IMG/VR virus record: IMGVR_UViG_3300045988_099805 | Coordinates: 1 to 61,173 of that record | Length of the DNA stretch: 61,173 nt | Strand: one strand, 5' to 3' | Origin: a virus | Shown here: piece by piece, positions 1-6,608 of the stretch | Position numbering within the stretch: position 1 is the stretch's first letter | Layout: every line of letters starts with the position of its first letter | The notes under the pieces: generated by a model | Databases searched by the model: none | What the model was told of the DNA's origin: nothing | The model's input: only the letters and a program-made list of their open reading frames with translations | Made by a program: the position numbers and the translations under genes

Positions 1-55
1 TGCCTACGGCATTAAGTTAGTGCTAACGCCGTATTTATCACTATTTCAAAATACT
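1..55. repeat. terminal direct repeat, left copy (circular-assembly overlap)
   Basis: tgcctacggcattaagttagtgctaacgccgtatttatcactatttcaaaatact is identical to 61119-61173. Confidence 0.9.
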
Positions 56-146
56 TAATATTATAGTATGTCGCTAAAAAGTCATTTTTTTGTCGTTTTT
101 GGCGTCTTTTTTTATGCAAAAATTTAATCAAAGGAGGGAACGGCAG

Positions 147-323
147 ATGATTACAGATGCAATGCGAGAACGCATTTTCGGCAATGAAACAGTAATGAAG
201 CGAGTTGACCTTGTCACGCTGTCCCTTATTTTGAAAGCAATAGACGAAGTTTTGGAGGAGGGCGAAATAAATGCAGATGAATCCGTATCAGACATATCAG
301 CAGGCTCCGGCTATGACTTATAA
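147..323 (+). CDS. hypothetical small protein (58 aa)
   Basis: ATG 147 follows AAGGAGGG (131-138). The track ORF 90..323 starts at a TTG with no RBS. It overlaps the next gene by 53 nt, so the call is uncertain. Confidence 0.35.
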   Translation: MITDAMRERIFGNETVMKRVDLVTLSLILKAIDEVLEEGEINADESVSDISAGSGYDL

Positions 324-786
324 TCCGGGTTTTAACGCTTATCAATACAATCCGATGCAAAACGTACAACAGAGGTTGCCGCAAGAGCAGATGCAACCAC
401 AGCAAGTACAGCAACCGGCACCTATGTCCGGCATGGTAGGTAAAATGGTCGGAAGAATAGAAGATATAGCTCCACAGGATGTACCAATGACCGGAGCCCC
501 GGCATTTTTTCCAAAACAGGACTTATCAGAAATCTATGTCAAGGCATGGAACAGCAACGGCACACTCGATACTGTCGTTTTTAAGCCTGTTCCTATGACA
601 GATGGTATAAATCCTATGGATGGTGATAAAAAACTCGAAATAGGGTTATCTGACGATGTTACAGGGGCATTTATGAAACGATTTGACGAATTGGAAAGCA
701 AAATATCATCTATTGAATCGTCATTGACAAAAAATACAGCGAAAAGCACAAGATCTTCAACTAAAAAGGAGAGTGATGCTGAATGA
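271..786 (+). CDS. hypothetical Gln/Pro/Asn-rich protein (171 aa)
   Basis: ATG follows GGAGGAGGG. The N-terminal third is Q/P/N/Y-rich low complexity. No family recognised. Confidence 0.55.
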   Translation: MQMNPYQTYQQAPAMTYNPGFNAYQYNPMQNVQQRLPQEQMQPQQVQQPAPMSGMVGKMVGRIEDIAPQDVPMTGAPAFFPKQDLSEIYVKAWNSNGTLDTVVFKPVPMTDGINPMDGDKKLEIGLSDDVTGAFMKRFDELESKISSIESSLTKNTAKSTRSSTKKESDAE

Positions 787-1022
787 ACCCAATTAACATT
801 ATTCAAATGATGACAAGCGGAAATCCGCAGCAGGCAATTCAAAACATAATTGAAAGCAATCCGAGTATTCAAAACAATCCGCTTGCGCAAAACGCCATGA
901 AAATGTATCAAAACGGAGATACAAGGGGTTTGCAGAATATGGCTGAAAATATGTGCAAAGAGCGTGGAATTACGGTAGATCAAGCCAAACAACAAGTTAT
1001 GGGTATGTTTAACAAACATTGA
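783..1022 (+). CDS. hypothetical protein (79 aa)
   Basis: ATGA start/stop overlap with the upstream gene suggests translational coupling. Confidence 0.55.
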   Translation: MNPINIIQMMTSGNPQQAIQNIIESNPSIQNNPLAQNAMKMYQNGDTRGLQNMAENMCKERGITVDQAKQQVMGMFNKH

Positions 1023-1092
1023 TACATTTTGGGTCGTGCGCACAAAAAAGACCGGTTACCCGATGTAAATAAATTTACGGAGGTAAACCAAA

Positions 1093-1884
1093 ATGTTTAA
1101 TGGAAATTCACCAAGTCTTGCCGATATTGCGGCAGTGACAGGAAACAACAGGAACAATGATGGTATGTGGGGCGGTGATGGCTGGTGGGCTATTATCATC
1201 TTCGCTATGATCTTCGGCTGGGGCGGCTTCGGCGGTAACGGCTGGGGTGGCAATGGCGGCGGAATGGGATCTACAGCAGCCGCATACACAGACAGTGCAA
1301 TTCAGAGAGGATTTGACACGCAGTCTATCATCGGAAAGCTTGACGGAATCAACAACGGTTTATGTGATGGTTTTTATGCGATGAATAATGGTATGCTTAC
1401 CGGTTTCAATGGCATTAACACCAATGTAATGCAGACTGGATACGGCATTCAGCAGGCTATCAATGCTGATACAGTCGCTAATATGCAGAACACCAACGCT
1501 TTACAGTCGCAGATTGCTAGTTGCTGCTGTGACGTAAGAGAGGCTATTCAGGGTGTAAACTACAATGCTGCTCAAAACACATGCGCTTTGCAGAACACAA
1601 TGAATAACAACACGAGAGACATTATTGACAGCCAGAACGCAGGAACACGCGCTATTCTTGATTATCTCTGCAATGAGAAAATCTCTAGCTTACAGGCAGA
1701 AAATAGCGATCTTCGCAGAGCAGCTTCGCAGGATCGACAGTCTGCACTTCTGACAGCTGCAATGAACACACAGACACAGCAGATTATCAATTCTGTAAAT
1801 CCTACAGCTGTGCCGGCATATGTCGTTCCTAATCCTAACGCATATGCTTATGGTTGCGGATGTAATACGGGTTGTAACTGCTAA
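1093..1884 (+). CDS. Gly/Trp-rich membrane protein with Asn/Gln-rich core and Cys-rich C-terminus (263 aa)
   Basis: GGAGG RBS. One hydrophobic segment (WWAIIIFAMIFGWGGFGG) is followed by a GNGWGGNGGG tract, an internal CCC, and the C-terminal sequence YGCGCNTGCNC. Confidence 0.6.
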   Translation: MFNGNSPSLADIAAVTGNNRNNDGMWGGDGWWAIIIFAMIFGWGGFGGNGWGGNGGGMGSTAAAYTDSAIQRGFDTQSIIGKLDGINNGLCDGFYAMNNGMLTGFNGINTNVMQTGYGIQQAINADTVANMQNTNALQSQIASCCCDVREAIQGVNYNAAQNTCALQNTMNNNTRDIIDSQNAGTRAILDYLCNEKISSLQAENSDLRRAASQDRQSALLTAAMNTQTQQIINSVNPTAVPAYVVPNPNAYAYGCGCNTGCNC

Positions 1885-1925
1885 CAACTAAATAATTGAG
1901 TATCTTAATTGAATTAACTCAATCT

Positions 1926-1955
1926 AAACCGATTTAAACCGATTAAAAACCGTTT
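1926..1955. repeat. three direct AAACCG(A/T)TT repeats at 10-11 bp spacing
   Basis: aaaccgatt at 1926 and 1936, aaaccgttt at 1947, in the intergenic region. Confidence 0.7.
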
Positions 1956-1956
1956 T

Positions 1957-2000
1957 TAGTCCAAGTTTAGTCCAAGTTTAGTCAAGAGTTAGTCGAGATT
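1957..2000. repeat. four TAGTC-core repeats phased exactly 11 bp apart (iteron-like)
   Basis: tagtccaagtt / tagtccaagtt / tagtcaagagt / tagtcgagatt, with the cores starting at 1957, 1968, 1979 and 1990. Confidence 0.75.
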
Positions 2001-2053
2001 ATGTCTGCTAAGCAGTATTACTTGATGTTACCGACACAAATGTCGGGAAGATA

Positions 2054-2086
2054 AAGGGCAGACTATAATGTTTGCCCTTATTTTTA
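2054..2086 (+). terminator. intrinsic terminator
   Basis: Stem aagggca/tgccctt followed by a T-run (ttattttta). Confidence 0.6.
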
Positions 2087-2106
2087 TGAAAGAGAGGTAA
2101 AAAACT

Positions 2107-2526
2107 ATGGAAATAACAGGAATTGCGTTACAAACAGTTGCCGCCGGAGAAGATGTTGCATTTACAGAAACACCAGTATGCGGAACTAAATGTATAGTCC
2201 ACAGACAGGGGAGCGGAATCATTAAACTTAGAGGAATAACTAATCAATGCAGGGCTAGGTTTTTGGTATCGTATTCCGGCAATATTCAGATACCTACAGG
2301 CGGTACAGTTGAAGCTATTTCCCTTGCCATTACAGTAGACGGAGAACCATTGCAGTCAACACGGATGATCGTCACTCCTGCGGCTGTAGAGAATTTCTTT
2401 AATGTCTCCGCACAGGCTTATATTGACGTCCCTTGCGGTTGCTGTAGCACTGTTGCTGTGCAGAATACGTCAGCACAAGCTATTGAGGTCCAGAACAGTA
2501 ATTTGATTGCTGTCCGTGAAGCATAG
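2107..2526 (+). CDS. small beta-rich Cys-containing protein, possibly BclA-C/C1q-like jelly roll (139 aa)
   Basis: RBS agagagg. The alternating beta-strand pattern and the C-terminal ...VQNTSAQAIEVQNSNLIAVREA resemble exosporium/C1q-type domains. This is recognition only. Confidence 0.5.
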   Translation: MEITGIALQTVAAGEDVAFTETPVCGTKCIVHRQGSGIIKLRGITNQCRARFLVSYSGNIQIPTGGTVEAISLAITVDGEPLQSTRMIVTPAAVENFFNVSAQAYIDVPCGCCSTVAVQNTSAQAIEVQNSNLIAVREA

Positions 2527-2538
2527 GGGGTGTTGGTT

Positions 2539-3153
2539 ATGGATATCAAAAGAATGCACAGTATGATCGAAAAGCTTACGGAAGTGGCTTGTTGCGAGTT
2601 TGACAAAGGCATTGAGAATATCAATGTCGAAGAAATGGGCGAAGCTACGGACATGATGAAAGACCTTGCCGAGGCTATGTATTATCGCACTCTGACAAAG
2701 GCAATGGATGAATCTGATTCAGAGGAAATACTTGCAATGATGGAAAAATACGGTGATAGACGTCATTATGACCATTACCGGTACGCTGACGGCAGATTCG
2801 CCCCAAAGGGCAGAGGTACACGCCGGGGATATGATGAACCACCGTATTACCATATGGACCCGGAGTGGGATCGTGATATGGATAGACACGATGGTAAAAT
2901 GCATTACACCGACACCGGCATGAACCGTCCGGAAATGAAAGAAAGCAATTACGACCGTGCAAAACGTCATTACACAGAAACAAAAGATATGCACAAGGCT
3001 GACACGCCGGAGGATAAGCAGAAAAAGATGGAGTCTCTTGACAGCTATATGAAAGAGATTACCGGAGACGTGACAAAGCTTATGCATGATATGACGGCAG
3101 AAGAAAAGAATTTACTTAGAAACAAGCTTTCAACACTGGTTTCTAAAATTTGA
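2539..3153 (+). CDS. hypothetical His/Tyr/Asp/Arg-rich protein (204 aa)
   Basis: ATG 2539 lies 8 nt after TAGGGGG. The centre of the protein is Y/H/D/R/M-rich low complexity. Confidence 0.55.
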   Translation: MDIKRMHSMIEKLTEVACCEFDKGIENINVEEMGEATDMMKDLAEAMYYRTLTKAMDESDSEEILAMMEKYGDRRHYDHYRYADGRFAPKGRGTRRGYDEPPYYHMDPEWDRDMDRHDGKMHYTDTGMNRPEMKESNYDRAKRHYTETKDMHKADTPEDKQKKMESLDSYMKEITGDVTKLMHDMTAEEKNLLRNKLSTLVSKI

Positions 3154-3171
3154 CAGCGAGGTGATGGCGTG

Positions 3172-3489
3172 ATGTTTACAATCAATGATACGGCATGGGA
3201 TGTTGTGATTGTTCCGCCGGATGATTACCGGCTGCTTCGGAGTGATGGGACTATGAGTATAGGTGTTACCGACAGCAATACTCATGAAATTTATATTTCT
3301 AACCTAGTAAAAGGTGGATTTTTCAGAAAAGTGCTTACTCACGAAATATGTCACGCCATTTGCCTTAGTTATGACATTTATCTGCCGCTTGAGCAGGAAG
3401 AAGTTTTATGTGATTTTGTAGCAACATACGGAGCGGAAGTCTTTGAAATCGTTGATATGTTGCTATCGTCTATGAGGAGGGTTGCGTGA
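3172..3489 (+). CDS. putative zinc metallopeptidase (HExxH)
   Basis: LTHEICHAI motif. RBS gcgaggtga. Confidence 0.5.
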   Translation: MFTINDTAWDVVIVPPDDYRLLRSDGTMSIGVTDSNTHEIYISNLVKGGFFRKVLTHEICHAICLSYDIYLPLEQEEVLCDFVATYGAEVFEIVDMLLSSMRRVA

Positions 3490-3650
3490 TGGATATCAAA
3501 CAGCTACTTGACTACGTTCGCCGGACGAATCCGGATATTACAGAGGAGAAATTGGTCAAAGAATTATCGGTAAACGGGTATGCTTCACGTTCTCTGATTA
3601 TGACCGCAGAAAATAATACTTGCAAAAATGTTAGAGATATGATATTGTAG
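3489..3650 (+). CDS. hypothetical small protein (53 aa)
   Basis: The ATG overlaps the upstream TGA (gtgATGg). The ORF is below the track cutoff and was read manually. Confidence 0.4.
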   Translation: MDIKQLLDYVRRTNPDITEEKLVKELSVNGYASRSLIMTAENNTCKNVRDMIL

Positions 3651-3688
3651 TTATACAATTTAATATATTCTACAAGTTATCCATAAAA

Positions 3689-3726
3689 GCTATCGGGCAT
3701 TCAAGCGGCGTCCGGTAGCTTTTTTG
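3689..3726 (+). terminator. intrinsic terminator
   Basis: gctatcgg ... ccggtagc stem (8 bp, one G-U pair) followed by TTTTTT. Confidence 0.7.
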
Positions 3727-3755
3727 TTGCAAATTATTTTTAACTATGGTATAAT
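3727..3755 (+). promoter_or_regulatory. strong sigma70-type promoter with extended -10
   Basis: TTGCAA, 17 nt, TGgTATAAT. Palindromes ACATTTATAAAATGT and ACATTTTATGT lie immediately downstream and look like operators. Confidence 0.65.
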
Positions 3756-3863
3756 ACATTTATAAAATGTAAATTAAAATACATTTTATGTTTTTTTACA
3801 CAATTTATAATTTGAAGTACACGACACACATTGTGCAAAATGACGAAAGCGAGGTGCGACGAT

Positions 3864-4538
3864 ATGGTCAATAACTTCGACAACACGAATGGAATCTGCG
3901 TGAACACGAAGGATGATGTTTTGCGTGAGCGTTTTATTTTCGGTGCGGAGCTGACCGGCAAGTATGGTTTTCCGAAGTTGCCACCGATAAATGCATCCGC
4001 AGACGGATTGCGACCGGTTCCGTTTAATTCATCATCGAGAGAAAAGCATCCGGCAGACTGCCTGTGCCATTTCTTCATAGACGATAATTTGTTTGAGCGT
4101 CTATGGAACAATCCGCAGAAATATTTTGATATGCTTGGCAATTTCAAATACATCGCCGGTGTTGACTTCAGTTTTTACGATGATATGCCGGTAGCATTGC
4201 AGATATACCAGGTATACCGATCACGGGCGTTGTCTTGGTGGCTGACGCTAAACGGTATGGACGTGATACCGGTTGTCGGCTGGGGATCTGCGGATACATA
4301 CGGCTTTTGTTTTGACGGTCTGCCGATGCACAGCACTTTAATTGTCAGCACGAATCGTTGTTTTACAGACGCCGGAAAGCATTGTTATATAGTCGGATTC
4401 CGTGAAATGGTCCGGCGGCTGGAGCCGATCCGGGTCCTTGTGGTTGGCAGACCGATAGAGACAGGAACAGAAGGAGCAACAGAAATAATATATCTTGACA
4501 GCTTCGGGCAGGAGCTGACACAAAAATTAAGGGGGTGA
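3864..4538 (+). CDS. DUF4417-family protein
   Basis: HFFIDDNLFERLWNNP...DFSFYDDMP...YRSRALSWW...VIPVVGW matches my memory of DUF4417. ATG 3864 follows gcgaggtg. Confidence 0.6.
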   Translation: MVNNFDNTNGICVNTKDDVLRERFIFGAELTGKYGFPKLPPINASADGLRPVPFNSSSREKHPADCLCHFFIDDNLFERLWNNPQKYFDMLGNFKYIAGVDFSFYDDMPVALQIYQVYRSRALSWWLTLNGMDVIPVVGWGSADTYGFCFDGLPMHSTLIVSTNRCFTDAGKHCYIVGFREMVRRLEPIRVLVVGRPIETGTEGATEIIYLDSFGQELTQKLRG

Positions 4539-4542
4539 AAAG

Positions 4543-4704
4543 ATGGGCAGCAGATCCGGAACGAATAAGGGCGGTTATGTTTTCGGTGCTGACGCTATCG
4601 CCGAGACTTACACCGTTGAGCGTGACGGCGTGAAGATCATCCGCCTACGGTGGCATTTCAAACATTACAAAAAGAAATTGAAAGAAATCAAAACAAAAAA
4701 ATAA
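4543..4704 (+). CDS. hypothetical basic small protein (53 aa)
   Basis: AAGGGGGTG RBS. Read manually because the ORF is below the track cutoff. Confidence 0.45.
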   Translation: MGSRSGTNKGGYVFGADAIAETYTVERDGVKIIRLRWHFKHYKKKLKEIKTKK

Positions 4705-4730
4705 GGGGCTGTAATGCCCCTTTTAAACAC

Positions 4731-4759
4731 TTGACTTTTTTTAAATAAATAATTATAAT
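4731..4759 (+). promoter_or_regulatory. sigma70 promoter driving the mini-CRISPR unit
   Basis: TTGACT (4731-4736), 17 nt, TATAAT (4754-4759). Confidence 0.7.
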
Positions 4760-4777
4760 ATATTATGCAATTGCATA

Positions 4778-4867
4778 AATGTCCCCGCAACTGCGGGGGT
4801 GAACCTGATATGTTGAGAGGTTTATTTTTCGCGCTTTTGCATTCCCCGCGGTTGCGGGGGTCTGGTT
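4778..4867 (+). CRISPR. single-spacer mini-CRISPR array with type I-E-like repeats; no cas genes
   Basis: Repeat 1 is aatgTCCCCGCaactGCGGGGGTGAACCT (4778-4806). A 32-nt spacer follows (4807-4838). Repeat 2 is gcatTCCCCGCggttGCGGGGGTctggtt (4839-4867). The period is 29+32 nt. The stem, tetraloop and tail resemble the E. coli I-E repeat GAGTTCCCCGCGCCAGCGGGGATAAACCG. Confidence 0.5.
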
Positions 4868-4895
4868 TGTGCTTTTAAAAGCACAAACCTTTTTT
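4864..4895 (+). terminator. intrinsic terminator
   Basis: Perfect 9-bp stem ggtttgtgc/gcacaaacc, loop ttttaaaa, then TTTTTT. Confidence 0.8.
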
Positions 4896-5331
4896 AATGG
4901 GTGCAAACGCAGTATCCGTTGTTCAGCAATTCATTTTCTATTTCAGAAATATCTTTTTTTGCGTTTTCTGTTTTTTTTGACCAAGCATTTTCCCAACTGA
5001 AACCGTTGGATTTTGCGATTTTACGAAAATCGTCTTCTTTTTTGTAGAAAAGAAAGATCCTTCCGTCTATTCCGACAACCTCAACGACTCCATCATGCTT
5101 GATTTCCTCTGGCTTTTCAGAAACTAAAAAAACCATTTCTTTGTACTTTTGGAAGTCCTCATAATCTTTTACATTTGCGGGAGAAATTACATTTCTCCCT
5201 TCTATCCAAAATTCCGCAGAAGTTTCTTTTTTTACGATGATATCCGGGTGAACTCCACGTTTTTCACACCACACGAAAAATTTAGTTCTTATAGAGTCAG
5301 CCCATGATATTTGCTTTTCCGTTCCTGTCAA
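4894..5331 (-). CDS. hypothetical protein (at least 145 aa); start uncertain
   Basis: The track start is a TTG with no RBS. The frame stays open and protein-like for 35 more codons upstream (to about 5437) without an ATG, GTG or TTG. Confidence 0.5.
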   Translation of the reverse strand: MTGTEKQISWADSIRTKFFVWCEKRGVHPDIIVKKETSAEFWIEGRNVISPANVKDYEDFQKYKEMVFLVSEKPEEIKHDGVVEVVGIDGRIFLFYKKEDDFRKIAKSNGFSWENAWSKKTENAKKDISEIENELLNNGYCVCTH

Positions 5332-5437
5332 CTGTGGGAATTCAAAATTCTCTAGTCTTTCCTGCGCTTTTTCTTCTAGATCGGCAACGAGCTTCTTGCC
5401 ATCCTCTATAATCTTCGCCTCTCTTTCTCTGCGGCGT

Positions 5438-5647
5438 CTAGTTTAAACAATTTTCGATTTCTTTCGCAAGGTGTGGGAAAGCTTCTTTTATATCCTGCAC
5501 ACTGTCGGCGTAATAGTCGCCAACAATTTTTCCGAAAATTCTAAGATTTCCGAAATAAAAGCCACCAAGATTATTAAAGTTAATATCTAAACCTGTCACC
5601 TGTTCCGCCTTGTCTCCATACCACATATCAATATTTGCTTTTTCCAT
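5438..5647 (-). CDS. hypothetical small protein (69 aa)
   Basis: AGGAGGAAT RBS on the minus strand. Part of the leftward operon. Confidence 0.55.
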   Translation of the reverse strand: MEKANIDMWYGDKAEQVTGLDINFNNLGGFYFGNLRIFGKIVGDYYADSVQDIKEAFPHLAKEIENCLN

Positions 5648-5738
5648 TTTTTTATTCCTCCTTTTTTTTAATTTTTTTGCTTTGCCTCATCTGTGCAGGT
5701 GGGGCAGTTCCTACAGACCGCCGTGCGGCGGTTTTGAA

Positions 5739-5948
5739 TTAAACAATTTCTAAATATCCTAAGATTTCCACATCAGCGGGAATACAGAAGAACATCACCC
5801 CGGATGGTCTGTATTTCGGAACGTATGAAGCATGATAGCTTTTCCCATTGTTGCCGATTGCTAAATATTCCCCGGCTATATGCTTCTTTGCTATTTCCTC
5901 AAAACTTATTAAATCCTCTGTAGTTATCTTTCTTTCTGTAACTGTCAT
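5739..5948 (-). CDS. hypothetical small protein (69 aa)
   Basis: RBS aaaggaaac on the minus strand. Part of the leftward operon. Confidence 0.55.
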   Translation of the reverse strand: MTVTERKITTEDLISFEEIAKKHIAGEYLAIGNNGKSYHASYVPKYRPSGVMFFCIPADVEILGYLEIV

Positions 5949-6027
5949 ATCTGTTTCCTTTCTAGTCTGCCATCATCAGCACCGGGAGACCGTCCCGCGG
6001 TGGACGCTCCTTTGTGGAGCGTTTCGG

Positions 6028-6297
6028 CTAATATCTACAAGGATTTTCATAGCGGATTATAACCACCTTTTCGCCTGTGCTTTTTAGCGTTCCGAAGCCG
6101 TTAAACATCGGACCATTTAAGCCTAATAATTTAGGCTGGTTATAAAGCTCTTGCCGCTGTCTTTCTGCATCCCATCCGTTGTTGTAGCCATATATAAGGC
6201 TTTTCATTTGCTCTGCTGTCTTAATCTGTGCCGGCAAATCATAAACGCATTTCTCGCCGCTCTCAAGTGTTCCTATAATCATATCAATTACCTCCAT
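6028..6297 (-). CDS. hypothetical small protein (89 aa)
   Basis: RBS tggaggta on the minus strand. First gene of the leftward operon. Confidence 0.55.
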   Translation of the reverse strand: MEVIDMIIGTLESGEKCVYDLPAQIKTAEQMKSLIYGYNNGWDAERQRQELYNQPKLLGLNGPMFNGFGTLKSTGEKVVIIRYENPCRY

Positions 6298-6324
6298 ATT
6301 TTAAAATTCCCAGTTATCCGGGTA

Positions 6325-6370
6325 AAGCAAGCCGGGGGATTGAACCCCGGAACCGCCTGCCGGTCTTGCT
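6325..6370 (-). other. tRNA top-half mimic (acceptor stem plus T-arm minihelix) in the leftward-operon leader
   Basis: The minus strand reads AGCAAGA-ccggcaggcggttc-CGGGG-TTCAATC-CCCCG-GCTTGCT-t. That is a canonical T-arm and a 6-bp acceptor-like stem, with no D or anticodon arm. Confidence 0.35.
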
Positions 6371-6494
6371 ACTTGATTGACAGCTCCAGACTGTCAATAT
6401 TGCCATTTTCCATTTTCTCAAGAATGGCTGCAACCTCTTCTTTGATAGATCCCTCTGCCGGATGTTCCGGCTCCTTTCTTCTGATCTTTAATAC

Positions 6495-6523
6495 ATTATA
6501 TTCTAATATTAGAATAATGTCAA
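6495..6523 (-). promoter_or_regulatory. leftward consensus promoter with palindromic operator in the spacer
   Basis: The minus strand reads TTGACA, 17 nt, TATAAT. The spacer contains the perfect palindrome TTCTAATATTAGAA (6501-6514). Confidence 0.75.
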
Positions 6524-6608
6524 GTGTTTTTATTCAAAAAATAGAATATTCTCTATTGACTTTTTTTACCTTGTATTATATCATTCATATATAAAGGAGG
6601 TGATCAGC

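Noticed and set aside
1-55. The terminal 55-nt repeat as a biological direct terminal repeat or cos site
   Set aside because: An exact 55-nt length and perfect identity at contig ends are most simply explained by a k-mer overlap from assembling a circular or circularly permuted molecule. A terS/terL headful-type packaging set is also present.
534-1043. Long antisense or shadow ORFs in the track. Examples are 534..1043(-), 16828..17481(-), 23138..23803(-), 25315..25899(-), 43918..44478(-), 28501..28869(-) and 34933..35346(-).
   Set aside because: They lie opposite well-supported sense genes, lack RBSs, and have low-complexity or hydrophobic junk translations. They are typical shadow ORFs.
5441-5447. 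Minus-strand heptamer T TTA AAC at the end of gene 5438..5647 as a -1 frameshift site linking it to the start-less ORF downstream
   Set aside because: The -1 frame hits a stop after 13 codons. The downstream ORF is in the +1 frame, for which this heptamer offers no re-pairing.
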